This document shows, one piece after another, positions 10,581-19,614 of a DNA stretch of 64,000 nucleotides. The notes beneath the pieces were generated by a model, which was not told where the DNA came from, ran no database searches, and saw only the letters and a program-made list of their open reading frames with translations. Position 1 is the stretch's first letter. Every line of letters begins with the position of its first letter. The position numbers and the translations under genes were made by a program. This DNA comes from an uncultured Verrucomicrobiota bacterium (GTDB taxonomy: Bacteria; Verrucomicrobiota; CALLYA01; CAYNBQ01), in assembly GCA_964395275.1 (NCBI GenBank), contig CAYNBQ010000003.1, positions 5,883-69,882 of the forward strand, given 5' to 3'.

Positions 10581-11651
10581 ATGGCAATCCGACTGAGCCG
10601 ATTCGAGATGCCCCGGCATCTCATCCGCGACGATGAGACCGCCACCGCGACGTACGCGAAGTTCATCGCCGAGCCCCTGGAAGCCGGTTACGGCTACACG
10701 CTCGGCAACTCGCTGCGGCGCGTCCTCCTTTCCTCGCTGGAAGGGGCGGCGATCTGTCGGGTGAGGATCCAGGGCGCCGATCATGAATTCCAGACGTTGG
10801 ACGGAGTCGTCGAAGACGTCACCGACATCATCCTGAACATCAAACGGATCCTGTTGAAGGTAGCCGACAAGGACAATCCGCCGATGCTGCGGATCGACGT
10901 GAACCGGGAGGGGGAGGTCACCGCCGGCGACATCGAGCTGCCGGCCGGGGTCGAGATCCTGAACCCGGACCTGGTGCTCTGCACGCTGAACAAGAAGCGG
11001 CGTTTCCAGGCGGAGTTCGAGGTGGCGGTGGCGCGCGGCTACGTCCCGGCGGACGAGAACAAGGTGCCGGACATGCCGATCGGCACGATCCCGGTCGATT
11101 CGCTCTTTTCGCCGGTCCGGCGCGTGAAGTACGAGGTGGAGAACACGCGCGTCGGGCAGCGCACGGACTACGACAAGCTCGTGCTGGAAATCTGGACGGA
11201 CGGCCGGGTCGGTCCGGAAGACGCCCTGGTGCTCTCGGCGGAGATCCTGAAGCGGCACATCGAGTTCTTCCGCAGCTACGACAAGGACAAGAAGATCGAG
11301 TTCGAAGAGGACGTCGAGCGCGAGAGCGAGGAACGGAACCGTCTGCGCAAGGTCCTGAACATGAGCGTCAACGAGATCGAGTTGTCGGTCCGCGCGGCGA
11401 ACTGCCTGAACAACGCGAACATCACCACGGTGGGGCACCTGGCGCAGAAGACCGAGGCGGAGATGCTCAAGTACCGGAACTTCGGCAAGAAGTCGCTCAA
11501 CGAGATCCGGGAGAAGCTCGCGGAACTCGGCAAGCAGGCCGGCGTGGAACTGACGTTGGGCATGAAGTTCGATTCCGATCTGCTGGAACCCGCGCCCGGC
11601 AGCGGGGAAGAAGAAGCCGCGGCGGTTCCGGCCCCCGACCGGGAATCCTAG
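10581..11651 (+). CDS. rpoA: DNA-directed RNA polymerase subunit alpha
   Basis: 356-aa ORF ...TLGNSLRRVLLSSLEGAAI... with alpha NTD and CTD. Confidence 0.95.
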   Translation: MAIRLSRFEMPRHLIRDDETATATYAKFIAEPLEAGYGYTLGNSLRRVLLSSLEGAAICRVRIQGADHEFQTLDGVVEDVTDIILNIKRILLKVADKDNPPMLRIDVNREGEVTAGDIELPAGVEILNPDLVLCTLNKKRRFQAEFEVAVARGYVPADENKVPDMPIGTIPVDSLFSPVRRVKYEVENTRVGQRTDYDKLVLEIWTDGRVGPEDALVLSAEILKRHIEFFRSYDKDKKIEFEEDVERESEERNRLRKVLNMSVNEIELSVRAANCLNNANITTVGHLAQKTEAEMLKYRNFGKKSLNEIREKLAELGKQAGVELTLGMKFDSDLLEPAPGSGEEEAAAVPAPDRES

Positions 11652-11675
11652 AGAGACGGCCACGGAGGACCTTCG

Positions 11676-12083
11676 ATGCGACACCGCAAGTTGACCGTCA
11701 AACTGGGCCGCACGTCGGCACATCGAAACGCCATGCTCGCCAACCTGGTCTGCAGCCTGATCGAACACGGCCGGGTGGTCACCACCGCGGCCAAGGCGAA
11801 GGCCGCGCGGCCGCTGGCCGAGAGGATGGTGACGCTCGGCAAGCGGGGATCGCTGCCCGCCCGGCGGCGCGCCGTCTCGATCCTGAAACAGCGCGACGCC
11901 GTCAGGAAGCTCTTCGACGAGATCGCCCCCCGCTTCGCGGACCGGCCCGGGGGCTATACGCGGATCGTGCTGATGCCCCCGCGCATCGGCGACGCCGCCC
12001 CGCGCGCCCTGATCGAGTGGGTGACCGAATCGGCGGGTGCGAAGCCGACCTCGCGCAAGAAGAAGGAACGCTCCCGGAAGTGA
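11676..12083 (+). CDS. rplQ: 50S ribosomal protein L17
   Basis: MRHRKLTVKLGRTSAHRNAMLANL... matches the L17 consensus. Confidence 0.95.
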   Translation: MRHRKLTVKLGRTSAHRNAMLANLVCSLIEHGRVVTTAAKAKAARPLAERMVTLGKRGSLPARRRAVSILKQRDAVRKLFDEIAPRFADRPGGYTRIVLMPPRIGDAAPRALIEWVTESAGAKPTSRKKKERSRK

Positions 12084-13552
12084 CGGACCGAGGAGAGCCG
12101 GTGCCGCCGCGCGCCCTTCTGGAAGAGGCCGTGGCCTCGGCCCGGCGCGCGGGCGCCGGATACGCGGATGTCCGCTTCGTCTTCCGGCGCCAGGAGTCGA
12201 TCCAGGTCCGGAACGGGAAGGTCTCCGGGATCTCCCGGTCGACGGATTCCGGGATCGGCGTCCGGGTTCTGAAGAACGGGGCCTGGGGATTCTCGGCGAC
12301 GGCCGATCTCTCGGGGCGAGCCGTTCGCGACGCGGCCCTTCGAGCCGTGGAGATCGCGGAGGCGTCGGCCGTCCTGCGCCGCGAACCCGTGGAACTCGAC
12401 GACACCCCGCCGTCGGTCGCCCGCTGGGAGAGCCCCTGCGAACGGGACCCGTTCGAGGTCCCCCTTTCCGAGCGGATCGCGTTTCTCGCGGATCTCACCG
12501 GGGCCCTGCGGCGGGATTCGAGGATCCGCAGCGCGGAAGCCGGATTGCAGGCGATGCGCACCCTCAAGGTCTTCCACAGTTCCGAAGGGGCGTTCATCGA
12601 ACAGCGCATTACGGAGACCGGAGCGGGGATGAAGGCCGTGGCGGAAGACCGCGGCGAGGTTCAACACCGCTCCTACCCGTCGGCCTTCGGGGGGGACATG
12701 GCGGCGCGGGGGTACGAATTCGTCGAGGGACTCGCCCTGGCGGATCATGTGGAAGAGGTCCGCGAGGAGGCGGTCGCCCTCTGCTCGGCGCCGGCCGTGC
12801 CCGAGGGGGAGGCGGACCTGATCCTGGAGGGTTCGCAGCTCGCGCTGCAGATCCACGAGTCCTGCGGCCATCCGACCGAACTCGACCGGGCCCTGGGAAC
12901 GGAGATCAGTTTCGCCGGCGGCAGTTTTCTCTCCCCGGATCTCCTGGGTTCGTTCCGGTACGGATCGGACCGGGTGACGATCGTTGCGGACGCCACGGTG
13001 CCGGGGTCGATCGGCTCCTTCGGATACGACGACGAAGGCGTTCCGGCACAGCGGGTTCCCCTGGTCGAAGAGGGGGTTTTCGTGGGGTATCTCTCGTCGC
13101 GGGAAACCGCGCCGAGGATCGGGCGTCGAAGCTCCGGGGCGATGCGGGCCGACGGCTGGAATCGCATTCCGCTGGTCCGGATGGTCACCGTGAGCCTGGA
13201 ACCGGGCGAGGGAACGCTGGAAGAGCTGATCTCCGACACGAAGAACGGCTGGCTCTTTTCCACGAACAAGTCCTGGTCGATCGACGACGTCCGGTTGAAT
13301 TTCCAGTTCGGGTGCGAATGCGCGCGGCGGATCCGCAACGGCCGGTTGGAGGGGTTGTACCGCAACCCCGTCTACACCGGAATCACGCCGCGGTTCTGGA
13401 ACTCGTGCGACGCGGTCTGCGGCCCCGGGGACTGGAGGGTCTGGGGCGTGCCGAACTGCGGCAAGGGCGAACCGATGCAGACGATGCACGTGGCCCACGG
13501 CGCCGCGCCGGCGCGTTTCCGCGGGGTGCGGATCGGGGGAAGCGGCCGGTGA
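12080..13552 (+). CDS. tldD: TldD-family metalloprotease (TldD/PmbA peptidase U62)
   Basis: ORF contains HESCGHPTE and the GxC...GxC C-terminal motifs of TldD. GTG start overlaps the rplQ stop (GTGA). Exact start uncertain (alternative GTG at 12101). Confidence 0.85.
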   Translation: MTDRGEPVPPRALLEEAVASARRAGAGYADVRFVFRRQESIQVRNGKVSGISRSTDSGIGVRVLKNGAWGFSATADLSGRAVRDAALRAVEIAEASAVLRREPVELDDTPPSVARWESPCERDPFEVPLSERIAFLADLTGALRRDSRIRSAEAGLQAMRTLKVFHSSEGAFIEQRITETGAGMKAVAEDRGEVQHRSYPSAFGGDMAARGYEFVEGLALADHVEEVREEAVALCSAPAVPEGEADLILEGSQLALQIHESCGHPTELDRALGTEISFAGGSFLSPDLLGSFRYGSDRVTIVADATVPGSIGSFGYDDEGVPAQRVPLVEEGVFVGYLSSRETAPRIGRRSSGAMRADGWNRIPLVRMVTVSLEPGEGTLEELISDTKNGWLFSTNKSWSIDDVRLNFQFGCECARRIRNGRLEGLYRNPVYTGITPRFWNSCDAVCGPGDWRVWGVPNCGKGEPMQTMHVAHGAAPARFRGVRIGGSGR

Positions 13553-14910
13553 AGACGGCGGAGATTTCTTTTCCGACCCCCGGATTGGCGGACCGGCTGC
13601 AGGCGGCGGTCCGGAACGCCCCCGCGGACGGCGCCGAAATCGTCGCCGTGGATTCGATCCTGGCGCTCACCCGGTTCGCCTCGTCGGTGATTCATCAGAA
13701 CGTGAGCGAACGGAACTGGACGTTCTACGCCCGGGCCGTCGTCGGACAGCGCAGCGGCGTCGCCCTGGGCAACGATCCCTCCCCCGAGGGGCTGGAGGCC
13801 CTTCTTCGGGAAGCGGCGGGGATCGCCGCGGAACTGCCGGAAGACCCCTTGCTGCCCCCCCTGATCGAGCCGCGGCCGGTGGATCGGGTCGACGGTTTCC
13901 GCGAATCGACCGCGGCCGCCACACCCGGGCGCCGGGCGGACGCGGTGCGCTCGATCGCGGATCGTCTCGGGAAGGACGGCCTGGAGGCCTCCGGATCGTT
14001 CTCGACCGGGGTCGAACGGATCCTGGTGGCGAACTCGGCGGGAGTCGCCGCGGAAGAAATCCTCTCCCAGGCGGCGCTGCGGATCGTTGCGGTGGGGCCG
14101 GAGGGAATGGGGTCGGCGGACGTCTCGAGCCGGGACGTCGACGCCCTCGATCCGCAGGCCCTCGCGGAAGAGGCCGCGGAGGTCGCCTTGAAGAACCGGG
14201 ATCCGCAGGAGCTGGCCCCCGGCGCCTATCGCGCGATGCTGACGCCCGCCTGCGTTCGGGAGGTTCTCCGCTGGCTTGCCTTCACGGCGTTCGGCGCCCG
14301 CTCATGGCTCAACGGATCCAGTTTCCTGGCCGGGGCGATCGGGGAACGTTCGCTCGATCCGAAGGTGACGATCTGCGACGACCCGCGCCATCCCGCCGCG
14401 GTGGGGCTTCCGTTCGATTTCGAGGGCGTTCCGAAGAGGCGCACGGAACTGGTGGTGAACGGCGTCAACCGCGGCGTCTGTTTCGACCGGGTCTCGGCGG
14501 CGGAAGCCGGCGAAAAGCCCACCGGGCACGCGCCGTTGCCGGGCAGCCCGCACGGCGGATATCCCGCGAATCCGGTCCTGGAGGCGGGCGACGGGGACGA
14601 AGCGGAGATGCTGAACCGCCTGGAGCGGGGGATCCTGATCAGGCGGTTCCATTACGTGAACGGATTCCTGGACCCGAGGACGGCGTTGATGACGGGGATG
14701 ACGCGGTACGGGACCTTCTGGGTCGAGGACGGGGAGATCCGTCGCGCCTTGAAGAACCTTCGCTGGACGCAGAGTTTCGTCGACGCGTTGGGAAAGGATC
14801 TTCTTGCGGTGGGAAACCGCTGCGACGCGGAGATCGGACGCGGCGGAGCGACCGTCGCCGCGCCCTCTCTTCTGGTGGAGAACTTCCGCATCACCGGCGC
14901 CACCGGATGA
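13549..14910 (+). CDS. pmbA: PmbA/TldE-family protein, partner of TldD
   Basis: About 450-aa second U62-family ORF. GTG start overlaps the tldD stop (GTGA). Lacks the HExxxH-like motif, as PmbA paralogues do. Confidence 0.8.
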   Translation: MKTAEISFPTPGLADRLQAAVRNAPADGAEIVAVDSILALTRFASSVIHQNVSERNWTFYARAVVGQRSGVALGNDPSPEGLEALLREAAGIAAELPEDPLLPPLIEPRPVDRVDGFRESTAAATPGRRADAVRSIADRLGKDGLEASGSFSTGVERILVANSAGVAAEEILSQAALRIVAVGPEGMGSADVSSRDVDALDPQALAEEAAEVALKNRDPQELAPGAYRAMLTPACVREVLRWLAFTAFGARSWLNGSSFLAGAIGERSLDPKVTICDDPRHPAAVGLPFDFEGVPKRRTELVVNGVNRGVCFDRVSAAEAGEKPTGHAPLPGSPHGGYPANPVLEAGDGDEAEMLNRLERGILIRRFHYVNGFLDPRTALMTGMTRYGTFWVEDGEIRRALKNLRWTQSFVDALGKDLLAVGNRCDAEIGRGGATVAAPSLLVENFRITGATG

Positions 14911-14963
14911 AACGTCCTTGACGGAAGGTCCCCGACGGGGCGGGACCGGGCGGCGGGAGGCGC

Positions 14964-15374
14964 TCAGTCCCCGGCGGCGATGTGGCGGCTGTCGTCCTCG
15001 TCCTTCTCGGTATAGCCGGATTCCTGCCGGGAGAAATTGACCTCGTTTTTCTGGACGTAGGCCTCGCAGAGGTCGTCGGCGGACATCCCCAGCGTCTGGG
15101 CGAGGCTGACGAGGAAGTGGAGCATGTCGACGACTTCCACCCGGGCGTTCTGGAGATCGAACTTCTGGTATCGCGCCCACCATTTCCAAGGGACGCTGTC
15201 GGTCAGTTCCGCGACCTCCTGGCTCAGGGCGCGGCAGTAGTTCAAGACCCAGTGGATCCGTTCCTCCTCGGTGAGATTCCGGGTGTCGACTCCGATGCGC
15301 CGGTTGAGTTCCTCCTGCATGCGGAAGATCCGGCGGAGCTGGTCTTCGGGAGCGCTGGGAGCGGGGTCGGTCAT
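14964..15374 (-). CDS. MazG-like / dimeric dUTPase-family nucleotide pyrophosphohydrolase (putative)
   Basis: 137-aa all-alpha ORF. Motif [34 protein letters not shown]...[24 protein letters not shown] resembles the dUTPase_2/MazG fold. GGAG RBS before ATG 15374. Confidence 0.5.
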   Translation of the reverse strand: MTDPAPSAPEDQLRRIFRMQEELNRRIGVDTRNLTEEERIHWVLNYCRALSQEVAELTDSVPWKWWARYQKFDLQNARVEVVDMLHFLVSLAQTLGMSADDLCEAYVQKNEVNFSRQESGYTEKDEDDSRHIAAGD

Positions 15375-15468
15375 CTCCAATCTCCTTTTTGCGAAGGCGC
15401 CGCGCGGTCGCTTGCGCCGCACGGGGGACGCGACTATGGTACGCGATTCACACAGGAGCCGTCGAACG

Positions 15469-16395
15469 ATGGAAAAGGTTACGATACTCGGAAGCGGGCC
15501 GGCGGGCTATACCGCGGCGATCTACTCCGCGCGGGCGAATCTGGGACCTCTGGTGATCGAGGGGTTTTTGCCCGGCGGACAACTCACGACCACGACGGAG
15601 ATCGAGAATTTCCCCGGGTTTCCGGAGGGGATCGACGGAACGGAGCTGATGCAGCGCATGCGCGCGCAGGCGGAGCGGTTCGGCGCCCGGTTCCGCGGAG
15701 GCGAGGTCACGGGGCTGGACGTCTCCGGGGAGGTACCGGTCGTCGACGCGGGCGGCGAACGGATCGAGAGCCGGACGGTGATCATCGCCACCGGCGCCTC
15801 CCCACGCTATCTCGGGCTGGAATCGGAGAAGGCCCTGCTCGGTCGCGGGGTCTCCTCCTGCGCGACGTGCGACGGGGCCTTCTTCCGGGACGTCCCGGTG
15901 GCCGTGGTCGGGGGCGGGGATTCCGCGGTCGAGGAGGCCATCTTCCTGACCCGGTTCGCCAGCAAGGTGACCGTCATTCATCGCCGCGACCAGCTTCGCG
16001 CGTCGAAGGTGATGCAGGACCGGGCGCGGGCGAATCCGAAGATCGAATTCGCCTGGAACAGCGTCGTCGACGACATCCTCGACGTGGAGGCCGGAAAGGT
16101 GACCGCGGTGCGGCTCCGGGACGTGAAGACCGGGCAACTGCGGGAACTGGAGGTCGAGGGCGTTTTCATCGCGATCGGTCACGTCCCGAACACGCAGCCC
16201 TTCGCAGGGACCGTGGAGACGGACGAGCGGGGGTACATCGTGGTGCAGGGCCGCACCTGCCAGACGAACGTCCCCGGGGTTTTCGCCGCCGGCGACGTGG
16301 TGGATTCGGCGTATCGGCAGGCGATCACGGCGGCGGGCCTGGGATGCGCCGCGGCGCTGGAAGCGGAGCGCTATCTGGAGAGCCGCGGATTCTGA
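15469..16395 (+). CDS. trxB: Thioredoxin-disulfide reductase
   Basis: [15 protein letters not shown] motif, CATCDG redox-active disulfide, GGGDSA NADPH motif. Confidence 0.9.
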   Translation: MEKVTILGSGPAGYTAAIYSARANLGPLVIEGFLPGGQLTTTTEIENFPGFPEGIDGTELMQRMRAQAERFGARFRGGEVTGLDVSGEVPVVDAGGERIESRTVIIATGASPRYLGLESEKALLGRGVSSCATCDGAFFRDVPVAVVGGGDSAVEEAIFLTRFASKVTVIHRRDQLRASKVMQDRARANPKIEFAWNSVVDDILDVEAGKVTAVRLRDVKTGQLRELEVEGVFIAIGHVPNTQPFAGTVETDERGYIVVQGRTCQTNVPGVFAAGDVVDSAYRQAITAAGLGCAAALEAERYLESRGF

Positions 16396-16641
16396 GGCCC
16401 TGTCCGGGCCCGGACGATCCCGTCGGAAGCGAGGCGGTGCGGATCCCGGATTCCGGGCTCCCTTTCGGAGGGAGGGCGGGTCTCCCGGCGATGTCGTCGG
16501 TTCGTCCCGGGCCGGTCCAGTGGGGCGTGGTCCCCGGCTGTTTTTCCGGTTTCCGCCTTGTCGGATCCCTGCACGCGGGGCTGGCCAGGGCCGGACCCGG
16601 CTGATAGCATGCGGCCCATGAATCGCGAGGAGAGACGGGAC

Positions 16642-17283
16642 ATGGAGAAGCGGGGGATCGGACGCTCGGACGTCGTCCGGCATCCGGTTGCCGCGGTCCA
16701 GAGCCTTGGACTGAAGGGCGGCATCGAGGCGTTGAGCGGAACGCCGGTGGTGGACGTGGCGCGGCGCAGGGCGGAATGCCGCGGACCGCGGGGTTCCGTG
16801 ATGAGCCTTTTCGAGGACTACGCCAAGCTCGAACACCGCGCCGCGGAGATCTACCGCCGCCTGGCGGAGCTGCGCCGCGACCGGCCGGAAGCGTTCCGGT
16901 TTCTGCAGGCGCTGGTCGGCCAGGAGCGCAGGCATGCGGAGGTGCTGATCCTGGCGGGGATCGAGGCCTCGTGCAGCGACGTGCCGGACCAGGTGTTCCA
17001 GTTGCCCCGGGAACGGTATCCGTCCCTCTGCAAAGCCTTCGACGAATGGGACGCCGCCATCACGCCGGGGATGAAGGACGAGGAGATGGTGGCGATGATC
17101 ATCGCGATCGAGTCGTCCGAACTGGACGCGATCTACGACACCCTGGTGGCCTCTTCGAAGGCGGCGTTCCCGCTGGCGCTGTATCACGGCGTGGACGCGC
17201 AGTGGTATCATCTGGACTTCATCCAAAAAGGACTTGACACGCTTCGCCCGAAAGAGCCGGCGCCCGAAGACGCCGGCTCCTGA
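16642..17283 (+). CDS. Hypothetical ferritin-like / four-helix-bundle protein
   Basis: ORF has helical E/R-rich pairs (EHRAAEIYRRLAE...QERRHAEVL...ESSELDAIY). GAGGAGAG RBS 8 nt before ATG 16642. Start uncertain. Confidence 0.35.
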   Translation: MEKRGIGRSDVVRHPVAAVQSLGLKGGIEALSGTPVVDVARRRAECRGPRGSVMSLFEDYAKLEHRAAEIYRRLAELRRDRPEAFRFLQALVGQERRHAEVLILAGIEASCSDVPDQVFQLPRERYPSLCKAFDEWDAAITPGMKDEEMVAMIIAIESSELDAIYDTLVASSKAAFPLALYHGVDAQWYHLDFIQKGLDTLRPKEPAPEDAGS

Positions 17284-17307
17284 GGGATGCCGGGCGGGCC
17301 GCCCGGG

Positions 17308-17997
17308 CTACCATTCCATCGGTTCGATTTCTCCGAGGAGAACCTTCCGGCGCCGTTCAATGATCTCGGCACGGGCCTCGCGGCGGCGCTTCAGGCTTCG
17401 GCGGAGGCGTTCGAGTTCCTCTTCGAGTCGCGCGACTTCCCGTTCGCGCTGTTCCTGTTTGAGATCGAAGATCCGTTCCAGAAGGTCGTTGAGTTCCCGG
17501 ACGGCCTTTTCCTTTTCCGCTCCTTCCAGGTTGCGGGCGCGTTCGGCGATCCGGTGGCTTTTCTCCTCGAGCCGTTCGGTCTCGACGAATTGCCGGAACC
17601 GCTCGGGATCCCTTTCCCGCAGCTCGCGCAGTTCCATGGCCTCGGGAATCCGGCGCCGGACCTCCTCGGCGTAGGCCGCCGGATCGCGATCCCGAAGGCG
17701 GCGGAGTTCCTCCGCCTCGCCCGGGTGGATCTCTTCGAGCAGCGACATCACGAGGTTCTCCTGTTCGGGCGGCAGCGGGGGACGGGGCATCATGCCGCCC
17801 GGGGGCGCTTCGCCGGGCGGGCGCATGCCGGGGCCTCCGAACGGGGGCATTCCTCCCCCGGGACCGGGCCACGTCATGGGGCGGAACGCGTCGGGGGGCG
17901 GGGGCGGCGGCCCGGGTTCGCCTTCGAAGGCGCCGGCGGAGAGGACGGCCGTCGCGGCGAGCGCGACGATCAGGGTTGCGGTGCAGAACGGTTTCAT
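17308..17997 (-). CDS. Secreted Spy/CpxP-like (LTXXQ-type) periplasmic helical protein with Pro/Gly-rich linker
   Basis: N-terminal signal peptide MKPFCTATLIVALAATAVLSA, then a PGGM/PP-rich segment, then charged helical repeats (EELRRLRDRDPAAY...RELRERDPERF...). ATG overlaps the anti-sigma stop. Confidence 0.5.
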   Translation of the reverse strand: MKPFCTATLIVALAATAVLSAGAFEGEPGPPPPPPDAFRPMTWPGPGGGMPPFGGPGMRPPGEAPPGGMMPRPPLPPEQENLVMSLLEEIHPGEAEELRRLRDRDPAAYAEEVRRRIPEAMELRELRERDPERFRQFVETERLEEKSHRIAERARNLEGAEKEKAVRELNDLLERIFDLKQEQREREVARLEEELERLRRSLKRRREARAEIIERRRKVLLGEIEPMEW

Positions 17998-18467
17998 GAC
18001 GGATCTCCTTTCGTGTGTGATCCGATGGCTGCGTCTTCGAGAAAGGGATCGTTTCCGGTCGACCGCGCGGCTCGCCGGATCCGGTCCCGGAGACGTTCGC
18101 AGCGCAGCAGGAAGGGATCGTCGGGGCCCCCGGCAACGGTTCCGCGAAGAATGCCGCGCTCGACGGTCAGCAGGGCCAGGGCGATCTGCGGATCGGTGGC
18201 GTAGATCGGCGGGGCGTTCCCGGGCGCCGGGGAGATTGCATCGGGGTATCGCGCTTCGGAGACGACGCGTGCCTGCCGCATCCGGGAGCCGGCCAGAAGG
18301 ATCAGCGTGAAGAACAGGACGCCCGTCGCCAGGGCGAGGAGAGGGCCGGAGGCGAGGCGCCGGCGCCGTCGGAGCGAGGCCTCACGGCGTGCGCGTGCGA
18401 AGACGAGGTCGAAGGCGGGGGGCGCCGGGTCGATCTCGGCGCGGGGGGGACGAGGGGAAGGGTTCAT
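17994..18467 (-). CDS. Anti-sigma factor (single-pass membrane)
   Basis: Short cytoplasmic segment, one TM (LLALATGVLFFTLILLAG), periplasmic tail. ATG overlaps the ECF sigma stop (ATGA). Confidence 0.55.
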   Translation of the reverse strand: MNPSPRPPRAEIDPAPPAFDLVFARARREASLRRRRRLASGPLLALATGVLFFTLILLAGSRMRQARVVSEARYPDAISPAPGNAPPIYATDPQIALALLTVERGILRGTVAGGPDDPFLLRCERLRDRIRRAARSTGNDPFLEDAAIGSHTKGDPS

Positions 18468-19024
18468 GGCGATGATTCTCCTCCCGGGGCCAGTTCCCGG
18501 AGCGAGGAACGGAGGTGACGGACGGCGTCGCGCATGCGCCCCAAAGCCGTGCCGAGAGGACATCCGGTGATTTGCGCGATCTCGCGGAAGGGCAGGCCCC
18601 GCTGGATCCGCAGAAGGAAGACGCGTCGTTGCGCGGGGTGAAGTTCGTCGAGGGCGGCGCGGATCCGGACCAGCGTTTCCTCGGCGATTGCGCGCCGGTC
18701 CGGCCGGTCGCTCTCCGGAGCGCGAAGATCGGCGAGGTCGTCGAACGGGATCGGGCGGCGCCGGCGGGCCCGATCGACCACGAGATGCGAGGCGATGGTG
18801 AAGACCCAGGATTCGAACGAACCCGAGGGACGGAAGCGCCCGATCTTTCGCAGGACGCGCACGTAGGTTTCCTGCAGGAGATCCTCCGCGTCGTGAGGGT
18901 CGCCGACGGCCTTCAACAGATAGGCCCAGAGGCGCGGATGCAGGGGTTGCAGCAGGGCTTGCAGCGCCTCGTGATCGCCTCTGCGGGCGCGTGCGATCCG
19001 GTCGCGTTGTTCGGAAGAGTCCAT
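18464..19024 (-). CDS. ECF (sigma-70 family group IV) RNA polymerase sigma factor
   Basis: 186 aa with sigma-2 (LLQETYVRVLRKIGRFRPSGSFESWVFTIA) and sigma-4 (LPFREIAQITGCPLGTALGRM) regions. Confidence 0.85.
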   Translation of the reverse strand: MDSSEQRDRIARARRGDHEALQALLQPLHPRLWAYLLKAVGDPHDAEDLLQETYVRVLRKIGRFRPSGSFESWVFTIASHLVVDRARRRRPIPFDDLADLRAPESDRPDRRAIAEETLVRIRAALDELHPAQRRVFLLRIQRGLPFREIAQITGCPLGTALGRMRDAVRHLRSSLRELAPGGESSP

Positions 19025-19163
19025 CGTTTCACCCGGTACAACGAACCCACCATAGGGTTTATTGGCCGGTGCGCATATTCCGCCGGAAGGGGATGAGGGC
19101 CGTCGTCGCGCGCGCGGGCCCGGTGCGCGCGATCCTTTTGGGCTGGAGACCGGGGCGCGGCTT

Positions 19164-19172
19164 GGTACAATC
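19164..19172 (+). promoter_or_regulatory. Candidate extended -10 promoter element (TGGTACAAT) for the downstream 7-gene operon
   Basis: An AT-rich TGnTACAAT stands out in 70% GC DNA, about 55 nt upstream of ATG 19225, in the divergent intergenic region shared with the ECF sigma operon. Confidence 0.3.
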
Positions 19173-19224
19173 TCGGCCTTCGCGCCTGGGAGAAGGGTCC
19201 CGGCGGCGTCGTCAATCGGTGGGA

Positions 19225-19614
19225 ATGCCTCAGAAACCGTCTCGGAAATGGACCGCAGCCGTGCGGCATGCCTTTGCCGTCGCCGAAAGGGGCGACGAGA
19301 AGCTGTCGCCGGAGGAGGTGGAACTCCTCGACCGGATTGCGGAGAAGATCGCCCGGCGCGGGTTGATCGCGCCGGCCGTTCTCTTTCTGGAGACGATGCG
19401 GCCGATGAACTACGTGGGGGCCCAGTTCGTTCAGTTCGCCGCTCCCTTCCTGGACATGGTTTCGACGCCGGGCCTGCGGGAACGGGTCGTGGCCCTGATG
19501 GAGCGCCGGTCGACGGCCGAGGAACTCCTGCAGCGCCTCGAGGCGTATCGGGGGCTCGAACGGGGCGGGGGAACGTTGTCCGGCGGGGCCGGGATGCGGG
19601 GGGACGCGCGATGA
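19225..19614 (+). CDS. Hypothetical small protein, first gene of MutL-like operon
   Basis: 130-aa ORF MPQKPSRKWTAAVRHAFAVAERGDEKLSPEEVELLDRIAEKIARRGL... Stop overlaps the next ATG (ATGA). Confidence 0.5.
   Translation: MPQKPSRKWTAAVRHAFAVAERGDEKLSPEEVELLDRIAEKIARRGLIAPAVLFLETMRPMNYVGAQFVQFAAPFLDMVSTPGLRERVVALMERRSTAEELLQRLEAYRGLERGGGTLSGGAGMRGDAR

Noticed and set aside
8724-11768. 1014-aa minus-strand ORF antisense to rpsM-rpsK-rpsD-rpoA. Similar giant antisense ORFs occur at 5498..7309, 2381..4213, 25132..27915, 44322..49493, 50196..52601, 52850..55858 and 55669..60924.
   Set aside because: Translations are Arg/Pro/Gly/Ala-rich low-complexity strings with no motifs. They lie opposite well-supported conserved genes. 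Stop-codon depletion in about 70% GC DNA generates such ORFs by chance.
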